A DNA stretch of 53,920 bases, counting the filler, from Sphacelaria rigidula (Eukaryota), in the NCBI GenBank assembly GCA_964200075.2. It is 4 parts of 4 records of this genome, joined end to end, with 100 filler letters (N's around TTAATTAATTAA, not from the genome) between each part and the next. Parts side by side here need not be neighbours in the genome. Positions count along the whole stretch, not along the records: positions 13,508 to 26,913 come from CAXNAA020002901.1; positions 27,014 to 40,419 come from CAXNAA020002902.1; 2 more parts are not named here. The stretch is one strand, 5' to 3'. The notes under the pieces are model-generated. The model had not been told where the DNA came from. It ran no database searches and worked only from the letters and a program-made list of their open reading frames with translations. Position numbers and translations under genes: made by a program. Of the stretch, positions 23,001-34,800 are shown one piece after another (within the stretch, counting starts at the first letter, position 1; the number at the start of each line of letters is the position of its first letter).

Positions 23001-25787
23001 GTAAGTATTGGTGCTCCAAATGGGAAAATAAAACTGTTGTTCAAAATAATATTCAAAGTTTCTTCGGCTTCCGGGGGTTGGAGCGTGAAGACTCCTCATA
23101 GAATAAAATGAAATTGTGTGTCGCAGGATATTCCGAGGGACATATGTACAAAGTTTGGTTGCGAAACACGAAAGCATAACGCAGTTTTACTCGCATTGAC
23201 GTTGAACACACGCGCAAAAGACGTTTCCAGACTAAAAATCAAGTAGTTAGCAGTGTGCGCATTTTACGTTCCCTTTATCGCACAAAAGCGGAAATGCCCA
23301 CCCCGATCTTTGAAGCTAGACTCTGAAACTTTGCACATTTATATTATGGGACACTTAGAACCTTCGCATGGATGGGGTCTGTTGACTTATTTTCGCCAGT
23401 TATCGGGAATCCCAGAAGGGCATGTGGCTCTCCAGGATCCTGGGACCCCGGTTGACTGGCGAAAACCGCCCGAAAGATCTCTCCGTACGTAGGGTTTCAC
23501 AGTATTTAATGTGCAATATTTCACGTTCTAACTCCAAAAATCGGCGTGAACATTTGCGGATGAATGAATTTTGGGTGAAAAGCATTACCTAGCCCATATC
23601 GTGCGAGCCTATGCTTCAGAATTTTCTACTGTACCGATGGGCTAGAAGCGCGAAATGCATATGCTTGCAATGGCTACGCAGAAAATACAGGCACGAGAAC
23701 GAATACGTCCGTTGATGCACAGTGAGAAAACAAGGGACAATACGGTGCGTGTGCACAACTCCTAAACGAGATATTCTGCCTGCGTAAGCAGTCAGCAACT
23801 ACCTCGAGGGTCCCCAATACATCGGCAACGCCGAACTCTAGCAAGCACGGTAATGGTGGGCTGCAAGGACAACAAGCAGCGAACAATCGATTAGATGAAT
23901 TGGAGACGAACGATGATCGAAGGTGTCAAGACACGAAGGTTTTCATCATGACGTTCGTGAAGCATGTATTATTCCGGAACATGGCGAAATTATTCCCTCA
24001 ACGCGCACTTGTACCTTGCCAAGCTCCATTATCCAGCTCTGTAGGAGATCACCTATGCAACGGACCCCTGTAAATGACAAATGACACACGGAAGGCTTAC
24101 CCCTCCTCCTGATCTCTTGGCAGCCACAGGCAGGTCGTCCTCTTTGTTCCCTCCATACGTGAGCTTGAACGCCTCTATCAGTGACGCAGCTGTTTCGTCA
24201 ATACCTTTGTCGTTAGGCCTGTAATGGTCAAAAAGTGGAAATCCCGCCCCGCCGGAATGTTGAGAAGAAGACTTTCAAAGGTCGAGCACTCCGGAAACAA
24301 CACCTGTAAGCATGAAGGGTGGACCTCCTCTGACCACCTAAAAAACGGCCTCAACGACCAGAACAAAACATCCACATTTATAATTTCTTGGTACACCGCG
24401 GAACAAAGAATGACTTCATTAAACGCTAGAAAGGGGACCTAAATTTAGATCGAGCAGATTTTCACCATTAACGAGCGAGAACTGATCCCAAATTATACAT
24501 AACAGTTACGGACAAGCACCTTCTGGTGCACGTGAAGTCCAACCAACCATTTACTTCATATGCGGTCACGTTGGGGCCAAAACATCCCTTCCCGAGACTT
24601 AAATGGCAAGATTTGACAATCTTCAAGATGTGGACTGTGCATGCACTAGAACAGGTAACAAATAACACGACGCAAACCCGCGCGTGATTTTTCGCCGTTC
24701 TTCACGACAATATTCTCTCAAGGGGGCAGGCAAGAGTACACTACAGAATTTAAATAAACTACAGATTTCGTAGTGCTGTTCGGGACACTTTTTTTTTATC
24801 TAAGATCCGTTGTTCTCAAAGTGGGGCAAGCGTTAGTACATCATCAATTGTTGACAGAAAAAGTCCGACTGGCGAAAAATCCGCGGTTGACCGACGATGA
24901 CGCCATCCATGGTTGTGGAGTCACCTTTACCACTACATCACCTTCAAGAGAATGAATTTCGACACATTTGCATGAGCAAGAGGAGCTGGAAATGAAGCCG
25001 TAATCTTAGCTTTATGGATAAACAGTGAACACCCCCATGCTGCCTTGGCCATGGCCATGCGTACCACACTTCCGGCCATACGAAAGCGTAGGCCACCTCC
25101 ATCAACATGCGGCCGCGCTGTATGCCATGGATGATGGTCTTGTTCCAGCGATTCATGCCCTGAAAAGCTGCCAAGCTCTCAATCCAGAGCGCGAAGGAAG
25201 CATGTGATGTTTGTTCATCGAAAAACCTTAATTATGTGAGCTTACCGTTCATACCCCCGAGTTGTTGCCCGACTGTTCAACCGTCGCGGACTACATCGTC
25301 GGTGACACGGCATCTACTGTAGGTCACCTTTCCAACTCCAGGCCGCTCTCAATGACATGCGCTACGACGCCATGTCATCAGTTTCAAGTCTACAAGAGAC
25401 GTGGAACTTCGTGCGACGCTGTGCAAAACCATCTCCCTCATTTTTCTGTTCCGTGTTCATAGAGTTAGAGACAACGTGCGTGGTCGTTCCCAGCGTGCGC
25501 GTGCTTGACAACTTCAACCTCCCCCAAGTATTTTTGGCCCATTTAGAGCTCACGCTGGGGCTGAAGAAGAAACAATGAGAACTCAGGACTTGATTTCCAC
25601 CGTGGCCCAAGCGTATCGCTGCTACTGCCTGTGCGATGGCGATTGGAAGCAACAAGCGTTCCCCCTGACGTTAATCATGCACCTCGTGATTGTAAAAATG
25701 CCCCCTTACCGTGTAGTGTCATCCCGTGCCGGATCCCAGAGTACTTCCTCTTGCTTCAGTGCGATCGCTTCAAGAGCCGCATAATGT
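19909..25787 (-). CDS. XRCC6: Ku70 (XRCC6) 3' part: C-terminal arm, linker and SAP domain; last four exons
   Basis: Exons 25787-25710, 24218-24101, 22312-22229 and 20025-19909 splice in phase (GT-AG) to HYAALEAIALKQEEVLWDPARDDTTRPNDKGIDETAASLIEAFKLTYGGNKEDD...AAKKAKMADNASKIDWKDAVLKGEVERFPVSLLKEYLKSRGLSNWGKKADLITRIKRCLAED*. This matches the Ku70 pattern H(F/Y)xxL(E/Q)ALAL...D.TLP...FK..Y followed by a terminal SAP domain. Confidence 0.92.
22229..22312 (-). CDS. XRCC6: Ku70 exon (GGGGAAKKAKMADNASKIDWKDAVLKGE)
   Basis: Acceptor ttgtccag|, donor gaa|gtgcgt, 84 nt. Confidence 0.88.
24101..24218 (-). CDS. XRCC6: Ku70 exon (PNDKGIDETAASLIEAFKLTYGG...KRSGGG)
   Basis: Acceptor ttacag|, donor ggg|gtaagc, phase 2/0. 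Confidence 0.88.
25710..25787 (-). CDS. XRCC6: Ku70 exon (HYAALEAIALKQEEVLWDPARDDTT)
   Basis: Acceptor ctctcag|, donor cg|gtaagg, phase 2/2. Confidence 0.9.
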
Positions 25788-26805
25788 CTGAGAGCAAACA
25801 AACAAAAACGGGCACAATGAGCTGTAAACAGTTTCCAAGTTTTTCCTCTTCAGCGAGCGTTTCCGTTTGTTTACCTTGGGTACGTCTATCTCGTGGATGA
25901 TGACCATGACATCAATTAGTCACATGACATGACATCCCTCGGGGGTCAACTCATTTGCGACGATGGACCAATCAAACACGAAATACTTAGACCTGACAAT
26001 ATTAACATGGCAGAAGTCAATTTACGGCAATAACATGCACCCCTGGAACTTATGATCATTCAGGAACGGACAACAATAGAAGACATATCCGTGACCCTTG
26101 CCCCAGACTTTGTCTACACTGGCAGTATCATCGAAAATTTCGGGACATTTTTCGGGTTTGTCGCGGGTCATGAAAGTCCCAGTCCGGATTTCGAGCTCCA
26201 TAAACCGCATGCCCGATCTACCACTGAGGGTAGTAAGCTGGGAACGGCCCCGTAATTCATTCGTACATGTTAGTCTACGCTCTCAAAGTGCGTTGGGTCA
26301 TGATCCTGCCGCCCGACATGCGTGCTAAGGATCCTCTACAGCGGAAATTACGTTCGTATAGAAAATAAAACAAAAAGTGGATGACGAGCAAGCAGAATCA
26401 ATGCTGCGTTTTATTTGGATTTTGTAGACCCTGCGGGGTGGCGATTGACAGCGCGAGTCAGGTATTGTTTAAAAGCTCTACTCACAGGCTTCTCGCTGAT
26501 GCCCGTAGTGTGGTATTGTGTGGGGTGAGCTTCTCCTTGGTATCGAAGCAACGTGCGCCGAACCTAAATTTTTCGTCGCTCCGACATGAAGGTTTGACGT
26601 ATTTTGGAGCCCTCACCTTGATCTCGCACCATGAGAAAATGTCTTCGATGGAAAGCCCTCGAGAAGTTCCACTCGATGCAAGTTTTCACGTGTGAGGCAC
26701 CGCCTCATCACAGATAAAAACGAACAGTGCCAGGACATAGAACTGACTTCCGCTACTGCTGTCACACGGCAGTACCCATGGCAACAAACGGAAATACTAC
26801 CAACG

Positions 26806-26846
<41 letters not shown>

Positions 26847-26913
26847 CCCCACCCCCGCGCGGGACCCCGACCACGGTCCCCCGGCCCCCAGCAAAAAACC
26901 AACCCCCCCCCCC

Positions 26914-27013
26914 NNNNNNNNNNNNNNNNNNNNNNNNNNNNNNNNNNNNNNNNNNNNTTAATTAATTAANNNNNNNNNNNNNNNNNNNNNNNNNNNNNNN
27001 NNNNNNNNNNNNN
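26914..27013. other. Artificial contig linker N44-TTAATTAATTAA-N44
   Basis: Identical 100-nt structure to the linker at 13408. Confidence 0.98.
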
Positions 27014-27279
27014 CTCACGTCACACAAACCCAGTCGACTATTTTGTTTACTCACGTTCTCACGCTTTCTACGGTGGAAATTATACACTACGAAGAAAAAA
27101 CCCAATGCATCGGGAGTCGAACTCCGTTCTCTCCACCCTAATGGCAAAATTCGGACCATTACACCACCGGGGCGCGGCGGAGTGTTGGACTTGGGAAATA
27201 AAAACAAAAATGTCCCGCACCGACCAAACCTCCAACAGTGCCCCCTAGCTCGACTCTGTACACGAGTCACCCTACCCAT

Positions 27280-27460
27280 CCGGGCGTCGGTCTTCAGGAC
27301 AGTCTCCTCAGCCAGTCTACACCTTTTGGAATGTGTGGGCGCATCAGCCGGGGTCACACAGGAGAAAGGCCAGAACGGAAGCTTTTTCTTTTTCCTGTCA
27401 TTTTTTGAACTCCACCTTCCTTTCGGGGTGCTTGCCTCAATTTTCATCGCGAGAGGGATT
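27280..27460 (+). repeat. Dispersed repeat family A copy
   Basis: gccagtctacaccttttggaatgtgtgggcgcatcagccggggtcacacaggagaaaggccag... matches 37383-37480 and the reverse complement of 8470-8650. Confidence 0.85.
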
Positions 27461-27540
27461 CAGCTGTCTCTTTTCTCGTCGCCGTGAAGTCGACTGTTGG
27501 GTACCTACGAAACAGTCGCTCTCCACTGACTGTTAGGCAT

Positions 27541-27642
27541 GGTGTGGGAAAAATTCCCGATCGTGTGACTTCACCGAGACTCGAACCCACGACCCAACCG
27601 TCAGAAGGTTCCGAGGTTACTAACTGAGCCACCGGTGCGACC
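27541..27642 (-). mobile_element. tRNA-derived SINE (Pol III A/B boxes)
   Basis: The minus strand reads ggtcgcaccggTGGCTCAGTTAGTaacctcggaaccttctgacggttgggtcgtgGGTTCGAGTCtcggtgaagtcacacgatcgggaattttt. There is no normal D/anticodon arm. A related decayed copy lies at ~38374-38505. Confidence 0.7.
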
Positions 27643-30600
27643 TGCCGCATATATACGGGAATCTTCAGACGATCACCTGTTTCCTACTGTTGAGTGACTC
27701 AATGGCTGCACTTGTCCCACTGCACAACAGAGAGCACCGTGTTTTCTGCTCAGAGCTCCTATCACAACGAAAGCGAGAGATGGCTCATGCACATCATGCA
27801 GAAGATAACCGTATATCAAAATCGAAAGCATGACCGTCTAATCGAGGCCATAAAAGCGATGAGTTCCTCGAAAAATAACGGGAAGTCGTTCCGAGATCGA
27901 TGATGGGTTGGCATGTGGTGCGTGACATTTTTGTCCGTGCGTGAGAGCAGAGCATGGACACGACCGATATCGCCACGCATCCTTTCCACAATCCTCTGTT
28001 TTCACGAGCGGCCGTTCGCTTCGGAGTCTTAGCCACACATGACCTGCCAATCCCCCAACGGCCTCCTCAACCATGTTAGGCTGCAGACGTCAAATAAAAA
28101 ATAGCACGCCCGAAAAATCTGTCAAGCGCCCGAACGGCCGACTAGCGGCCATCTACGCCTCCTGCATTGTCATCCTCCAAGAATCAACAGAACTGTCAGA
28201 ACTGCGACTGGGTGCGCTGAAGGCACAAATACTTGTATTCAGAGTAGACACAACCCTCCCTGCGGGAGAAATCAAAATTGGGGTTGTGGTGCCTTTTTGA
28301 GTAACTTAGTCATTATCCAGACCCTGGTTGCAACACGTGAAAAACCAACTGATCAAGAACCTGACAGAATAAAAAATAAATAAAAGCAGATATTAGGAAT
28401 GATTATTTATATCATGTTGAACCGCAGGACACGGGCTGCACACACCCACACCCCGGCTATTCACAAATCAAGTCAACATCGAGCATCACTACTGCACGCT
28501 GGCTCTTCCGTGTAAGTGGGAGGGAGAGGTGGCAATCGTTGTGTAAAGTATACACCTGGTAGCCTTGATACCTGACCTCAGCGTACGATACAATTTCATG
28601 GCCGGTGTACTCTGCGTCTCTACAGAGTTTCAAGTAATGCCTGACTCCCACCGGCCTCAGCGAATAGGGCGTACAGTACTGTCAATATGACATCCTAAGA
28701 ACTGCAACAAACTGTGTACACGCCAGCGGCCAAACGTCTGAGTTTCAGTTGAAGCGCATAGGGCACCACGACAGGAACAGCAGTAGATTAGAAAGGTGTT
28801 AGGTGTCCAGCACTGCACGGCATACAGCAGCCGAAAAAATAACAAAAAAAGGAAACGGGGACAGTTCGTTTTCGCATGATAATCATGTAATCACAGATGA
28901 CCTGTGCCAGGGACAGCTGCATTCCACGCTCTGCCCGGGGAGCCAGAAATATGGCATGTGGCGCACGTGATGCCTCATATAATAAACGACGCCCTAGATC
29001 GTATGTTGCAACTTTCACCTGTCATATGCGGCGAGGAATTGAGATCGGCTATCAACTGCCATATCCCGCACGCGTCACATTTCACAGAAAGCACGAAAAT
29101 CAAGGCAGCCACGAACAAAGCTCTCAGCATCAAGATACATGCAGAACTGCATAATTTAAGCAATGAACACTTCAATTGCAGATGGTTCATACTGCGCTGC
29201 ACTACACCGTCTCTTTCAGCACCCGGAAGGGTTACTCGTAGCAACCACCCCAGCCTCCGGACAGCACCGCCCAAAACTGAATTCGAGCGATTGCTGCAAA
29301 CTTGCCTCATTTGTTGTGTGAGCTCCATGGACAGCTTCGAGAGCGCCCAGTATGTTGTTATACAATCCTTCGTCCATCCCTACCCCTCCACGATATACCG
29401 ATGACACCGCACTTCAAGGTCTCGAAAGTTGACTTCAGCTAACGCCTGAGGTACACGTTTATGATGCCCGGTGTGGGCTTGGTGGGTACAAGGTTCTTTT
29501 ACTTTTATATATGAAATATTTGTCTCTGCGAGTCAGACCCGCAGTACGTATACCGTATTGTGAAAAACAGGAAAGAGTAGGGAATATAGTCGCCGAAACA
29601 CATTCAATATTCGAGGTGAATCTAATCCATCTAGTTCTTGATAAAAAAAATACACTACATTCAATACAACGACGAGATGAAAAATATTTGCCTCACAAAA
29701 AGCTGATACGAATATATTGGAAAATGATCCATTCGCCACGCGAACAAATCTAACGTGCTGAGCTGAGGAGGCAAGCACGAAGGTCGGGTTGATCAAGTAC
29801 TTCTCGAAGGCCTGAAGGAAACTACAGGACGTACATCAGCAGCATATCTACTATCGCCATGTATATTCGCTTGGCGATTTCTTTACTGCTACTTGTACGG
29901 GCCAGGTATGCTTCACGTTCCAAACAAGCAAGATATACAGCTCGATGCGGAGCTTCGCTGAGAGCAGCCGTTCTGCTCTGGTACACTGCAGTAGTACAAT
30001 ACAGCACAGCATCAGTACTCACTGCAGTAAGTACAGCAGAGGAGTCAATGCAACAAACAGTACAACAGGGTTGAACACATTGCTCATGATTTCAGTAGTA
30101 GCGTTGGTTTTCCTGTAGATCCTGTAGATCACTCCAATGTTGACTGGAACATGATTGGGAGTCTGTGATCCTTGTCGCTGACCATGGAAGTCGCACCCAC
30201 GGCTTTCACTTTTGACTTGTTGCAACCGGGGCAAATATCAACGCACTTGTGCACGGCAAGTCACACTACGGCATGGTTTTTGGAACATCTGCATAATAAA
30301 CTTAAACCTACTCTCGTACGATACTCGTACCATTGGAACAGGTAATGACCAGTAAATTGGTACAGGACAACTGTAAAGACAGTACGGGACAGGTGCAGAG
30401 GAAAGATGCCTGTTGACAGAGAGCTCCAACTATGTTGGCCTGCGCGTGCTGCAGAACAAGAAATACTGCAAGGTTTATCTGCTTCTCTATTGTAGTCTAA
30501 ATGTCAACATTCAACTTCTTGGTGGGTCAACTGCGGCTGAACGCCATGATGTTCGGTCACCCGACACAAATGCCGTCCAAATAGTCAACTATGAACTACT

Positions 30601-31861
30601 CCGTATTTGACCGAAGAGGAACGTAGGCTGAGCTGGGCCATCGACCAACGACCAAGAGCGCTAATTTGGGGGGGGTAGTATTGCAGTGCACTGCCAGGCC
30701 AGCGTTGACGTGCGCAGCAACCGTCACGTTACTGCCGCCCACGCCATTATTACAAGTCAGATTCTCACCGAACTCCGTCATATTTAAATGGTGTATCCAC
30801 TTTCGAGGGGCGGGTTGAAGCTGTACATTATAAGAGTACAACACTTGATTGTACCCATCAGCCGTTCAGGTCCGCATTTGCAGCTGTTTGGTTGTTGCTC
30901 GTTGCGGCCCAAGTGTCTTATCATAGAAGCGGGTTCCAATCAGTCATACGAACAAACTTTTAGTACAGCAGTAGCTGGTACGTAGTGCATGATACCTGAT
31001 GCTGTACTGTGGAGAACCATGTGCACAGGAGGTGAAGTTACAACACCCATGATACTGTAGCCATTTCGTCTCTCCTTGCGATTTCTACTTCTGCTGAAAA
31101 AGTTAGACCGCAGCTGTCGTAAGGTATGCGGTTTCACATGGTCTCTTCCCGAGAGTCTACTACACCGACTGTACTGTACGATACGGTATGGTACGGTACT
31201 GTCAGTACTGTAGTACATGTCACGTGCCCAGCCTCGTAAGGAATACTCAAGGGGTCAAGGAATCGTCACTTACAGTAGTGGGGAAACGGAAATTCAAGCT
31301 CCAGCATTTACATGGCTTCCACATGAAAACTGAAAACTGTATATTATCGGAAGTTACAGGTTGAAATTCCAAAGTTCCAAATTTCCAAATTTCCAAATCT
31401 AGATACGGCTTATCGTCGAGCGCAGTCGCCAAATATTAAACATTACGTTTGACTCAGCTGGTTGAAAGCCTGTGGACGACTCGGCGTGAGGCAACATGTC
31501 ATCACACGAAGACTGTGCGAGCCAAGAAAGATTTGAAGGCGTCGTGTCCGTAATCTGTCGAGCATTTTCGATATGTCCTGTGGGTGTCTGAAATTTGCAA
31601 TTTCTCACTGCGCTGCAACACGACCCGTATTCCCTTTTAGGGGCCGAAACTCGTAATTTTGAGCGTCCTGAGCGATACTACCATGTTCATATCGGACTGA
31701 ATGGAGTATCAAATATTGGTTTGGGGAGCTCAATTGCGCCCAAACAATCAGGCTAAATTGCTAGAGTTGAGAAGTGGCTTGAACAGTCAGTTGTTTGGCA
31801 TACAATACACATATTTTCAACCGACATTATTTTTCTTTTTTATGGGTAACTGGGGGTGAAG

Positions 31862-34800
31862 CCACCCCGCGGCTCCTCGAGTATTGCCTGGTGAGGTGAC
31901 GCGACGGAGTCGCATGAACGCCCCCCGGTGAGCTCTCAGTCAAAAGGGCAACCAGTGCTTAACTTTAGTGACATGAGCTCCATATCTAATGCCATCTTAT
32001 CCCATCTTGTGCACCTTCATGTGTTGTTGACGATGAAGCGTTGGCTACTACCCTCCGAACGCCCTGAAACTGGGCGCGGCATCGCTCCAGTCGGCGTGGT
32101 CATCGCCATTATCACGCCGCCACAAGCATCATCGCCATCACAGCCGCAGTCACAATCACAATCACAGTCACCACCGATCAAGCAGCAACTACGACGGGCG
32201 ATCAGCCCTACCGTGCTTCTGCCGGGTATACGGTAATGCCAACAAACGCGCCATGCGCAGCAGAACCACAAGCACAACGTGTACCGCAACCGCTGCCCAC
32301 GGCTCGCACAGCAGCGGGACCTTACATAACAGCAGACACGTGGCAGCGGGCAATCACACCGTTGATAGCCGTCGAAGTTATACAAAATTTGGTAACGCTG
32401 ACGGTAACGGTAAGCGGGAGCGGGAAGCGGGTCGCAGGCGTGGAGGAATTAGCAGCAGGGCGATTAGCGGGACCATGGCTGAGGGAAGGGTCGCGGTGGA
32501 TGGCAGAGGTCGAGGTGGGGCGGGACGAGGGGGTGGGGGCGAGCGGGGCGTGAGAGGTGACGAGAAACGATCGGGTAAAAAATCACCGCGTGTGAAACCG
32601 CCGTTACCACCGCCACTAACACAGGTAGGTTGTTGTGGAAGAGACGTACGTGTGTGTCAGGGTCCTAAGGGGAGAGTGTCCATTTTCCAAGTATCCTGGA
32701 ATCCCAAGGGACATGCATAACCGCGGTCTGAGCACGTAGGCTCCCGGTAATAACCCAAATATGCTTGCTCGTAACCTACCGGCAATGGCCGCAATACGCC
32801 CCGACCGTAAGAGGCAAAAATATACGTCCCCGGGTATCCTACCTTAGCCCTGATTTTCGCACCTTGCTTCGTTGCTCGAAGCGTGCTCTCCAATGGTACT
32901 ATTATGCTGTACTTGTAATAAGAAAGCGAGCGTGTTCCCCAGGGATTACCATGAAGCGGATTCTATTGCCTGTCTGTACGCTGGTGTGCGGTCGTTGCTG
33001 TACGGCTGGGTGATGTGTGTGTAACTTTTGAAAATAAAGAAAAGACCAGGTAGGGGCATCCGACGAGTTGGAAATAACCCGGTATCTCTGTGTAACCTAC
33101 CCGCCAACCTTGTTACCGGTGATTATCGGAAACGGGTTATGCACGTCCCTGGGGATACTCTGTATGTTTCTAGTCAATATCCCAGGTACCCTGAATACCC
33201 CGTATATTTCCAGCCGACGACTCCGAGTATCCTGGAATATTCGGTACATTGGTACTTGTACCCTACCCTGCAAGGCGCTACGACGTACCGTGCTTGCGTT
33301 CGAAGTTTCTGTATGTGCTTGGTCATTCAGTTGTAACGTTGAAGAAACGTAATTTTAATTTGATTTCCTTGAAGCTGCCGAGGGGTCCTTCCGGGCGATC
33401 TCCGTGGTTGCCGGCACGTGTCGCTTTGAAGACTGTTTCCCCGCATTAAAAGGCAAGTAGGCAAGTCTTCGAAATATCCTGAATGTTCGTACCCCGTCAT
33501 TGTCCAGAGAAACCGTCGGTAGATAATGAGGGGGAAACTACAACTTCTTCAAGCCATTTTTTTATCCTGGACCAACACGAGGAGTGTAGAGATTCTCGAG
33601 ATTCAGAGTTGGGCCACACTATTGCTGATTCGTGGGTCAGTGGCTACCGTGGAGTTTTTGAACACAATCGCAAAAGTCATTATTCATCGTAAGCACTGGT
33701 GGAGACGGCGCTCCGGCGCGCGAGGATCGCATGTCTATACCATGCTCTCCTCTGCGCGCCTCTCCCACTTCAGTCAATAGTTGTTTTGATGAGGAGCTCA
33801 GGGTGTTTTGCCACGACCGCGTCAATACAGTGCTGATTTGCTTTCAAGATCGTCTTCTACTTTTTCTGCTCCTAAAAGCAATCGATTTTATTGACCTCTC
33901 ACTGAGAAAGTCGCCGCGTCGATCGCTCCGTCGGCAGAGGTGCATAACTTTCAATGATGCCATGGTTCAAGCTGCGTTGCCCGCGTGCGTGTTGTTGAAA
34001 GTGACCTCGTTTCGACATCATCAGGGACTCCCGTCGTTCGAAGGCTTTGGCCCCTGCTCCAGTTGCCCTTGTTGCTCCAACGTTCTCCTCGTTCTGCCTT
34101 TTTGTCGCTTCGGCCTACTTACTTACTAACCCTTCGACATCCCTCTTGGTTTACCCCCTCCCCTTCTCTTCTTTCTTGTGAAGAGTGATCCTGCCAGGTG
34201 CGGGGCGAAGGGAAGTGGGGTCGATCTACCTTTTACAGGGCGGGGTCACGGTCACGTTTCTCTTCAAGCAGCAATATTCCACATGAATGCCTTTAGCATC
34301 AATATACTGATAACACACGTTCACACAGCCCAATATTTCATGTCACCGACAAAACGCACAACGATTGTAGGAGGTCGTGTAGCACCCCTCTGAACCCCTC
34401 CGTTTCATGCAATCAACCCTCACCCCCCTCCAATCGTAGCACTACCCCAACATCCAATTTTTTTCGTATTGGCCTGTTGCTATTTCTCTGCCCATCTCTC
34501 TCCTGTTGGTTGTTCTTGTTAGATGTTTTTGCGTATTTTCTGTTCTGTTTTCGTTCGTCTCTTCTTTTTCATTATCTCATCATGAACTTCCTCGTCTTTC
34601 TTGTTTTGTCGTGTGGTCCGTCCTCTGTTTTGTTTTTTACCCAGAGATTGAACGTCGTTCTGACACATACCACGGCGGACTTCGACACCCTGGCTGCAGC
34701 CGTGGGACTGGCCAAGCTGTGGCAAAAAGAACGACCGGAAGACGGCAAGTGAACACGCCTCGTATGCATGGTAGGATAGCACCCCGCGGCACTCGGGTCT

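Noticed and set aside
23803..23837. 35-nt AG...GT micro-exon candidate within Ku70
   Set aside because: The flanking exons already join in phase 0; including it would frameshift
26805..26913. Poly-C run giving PPPP/GGGG ORFs
   Set aside because: Same contig-end artefact pattern; no splice or homology support
27541..27642. Functional tRNA gene
   Set aside because: A and B boxes are present but the acceptor stem and D/anticodon arms do not form, and related decayed copies exist, so it is a SINE-like head
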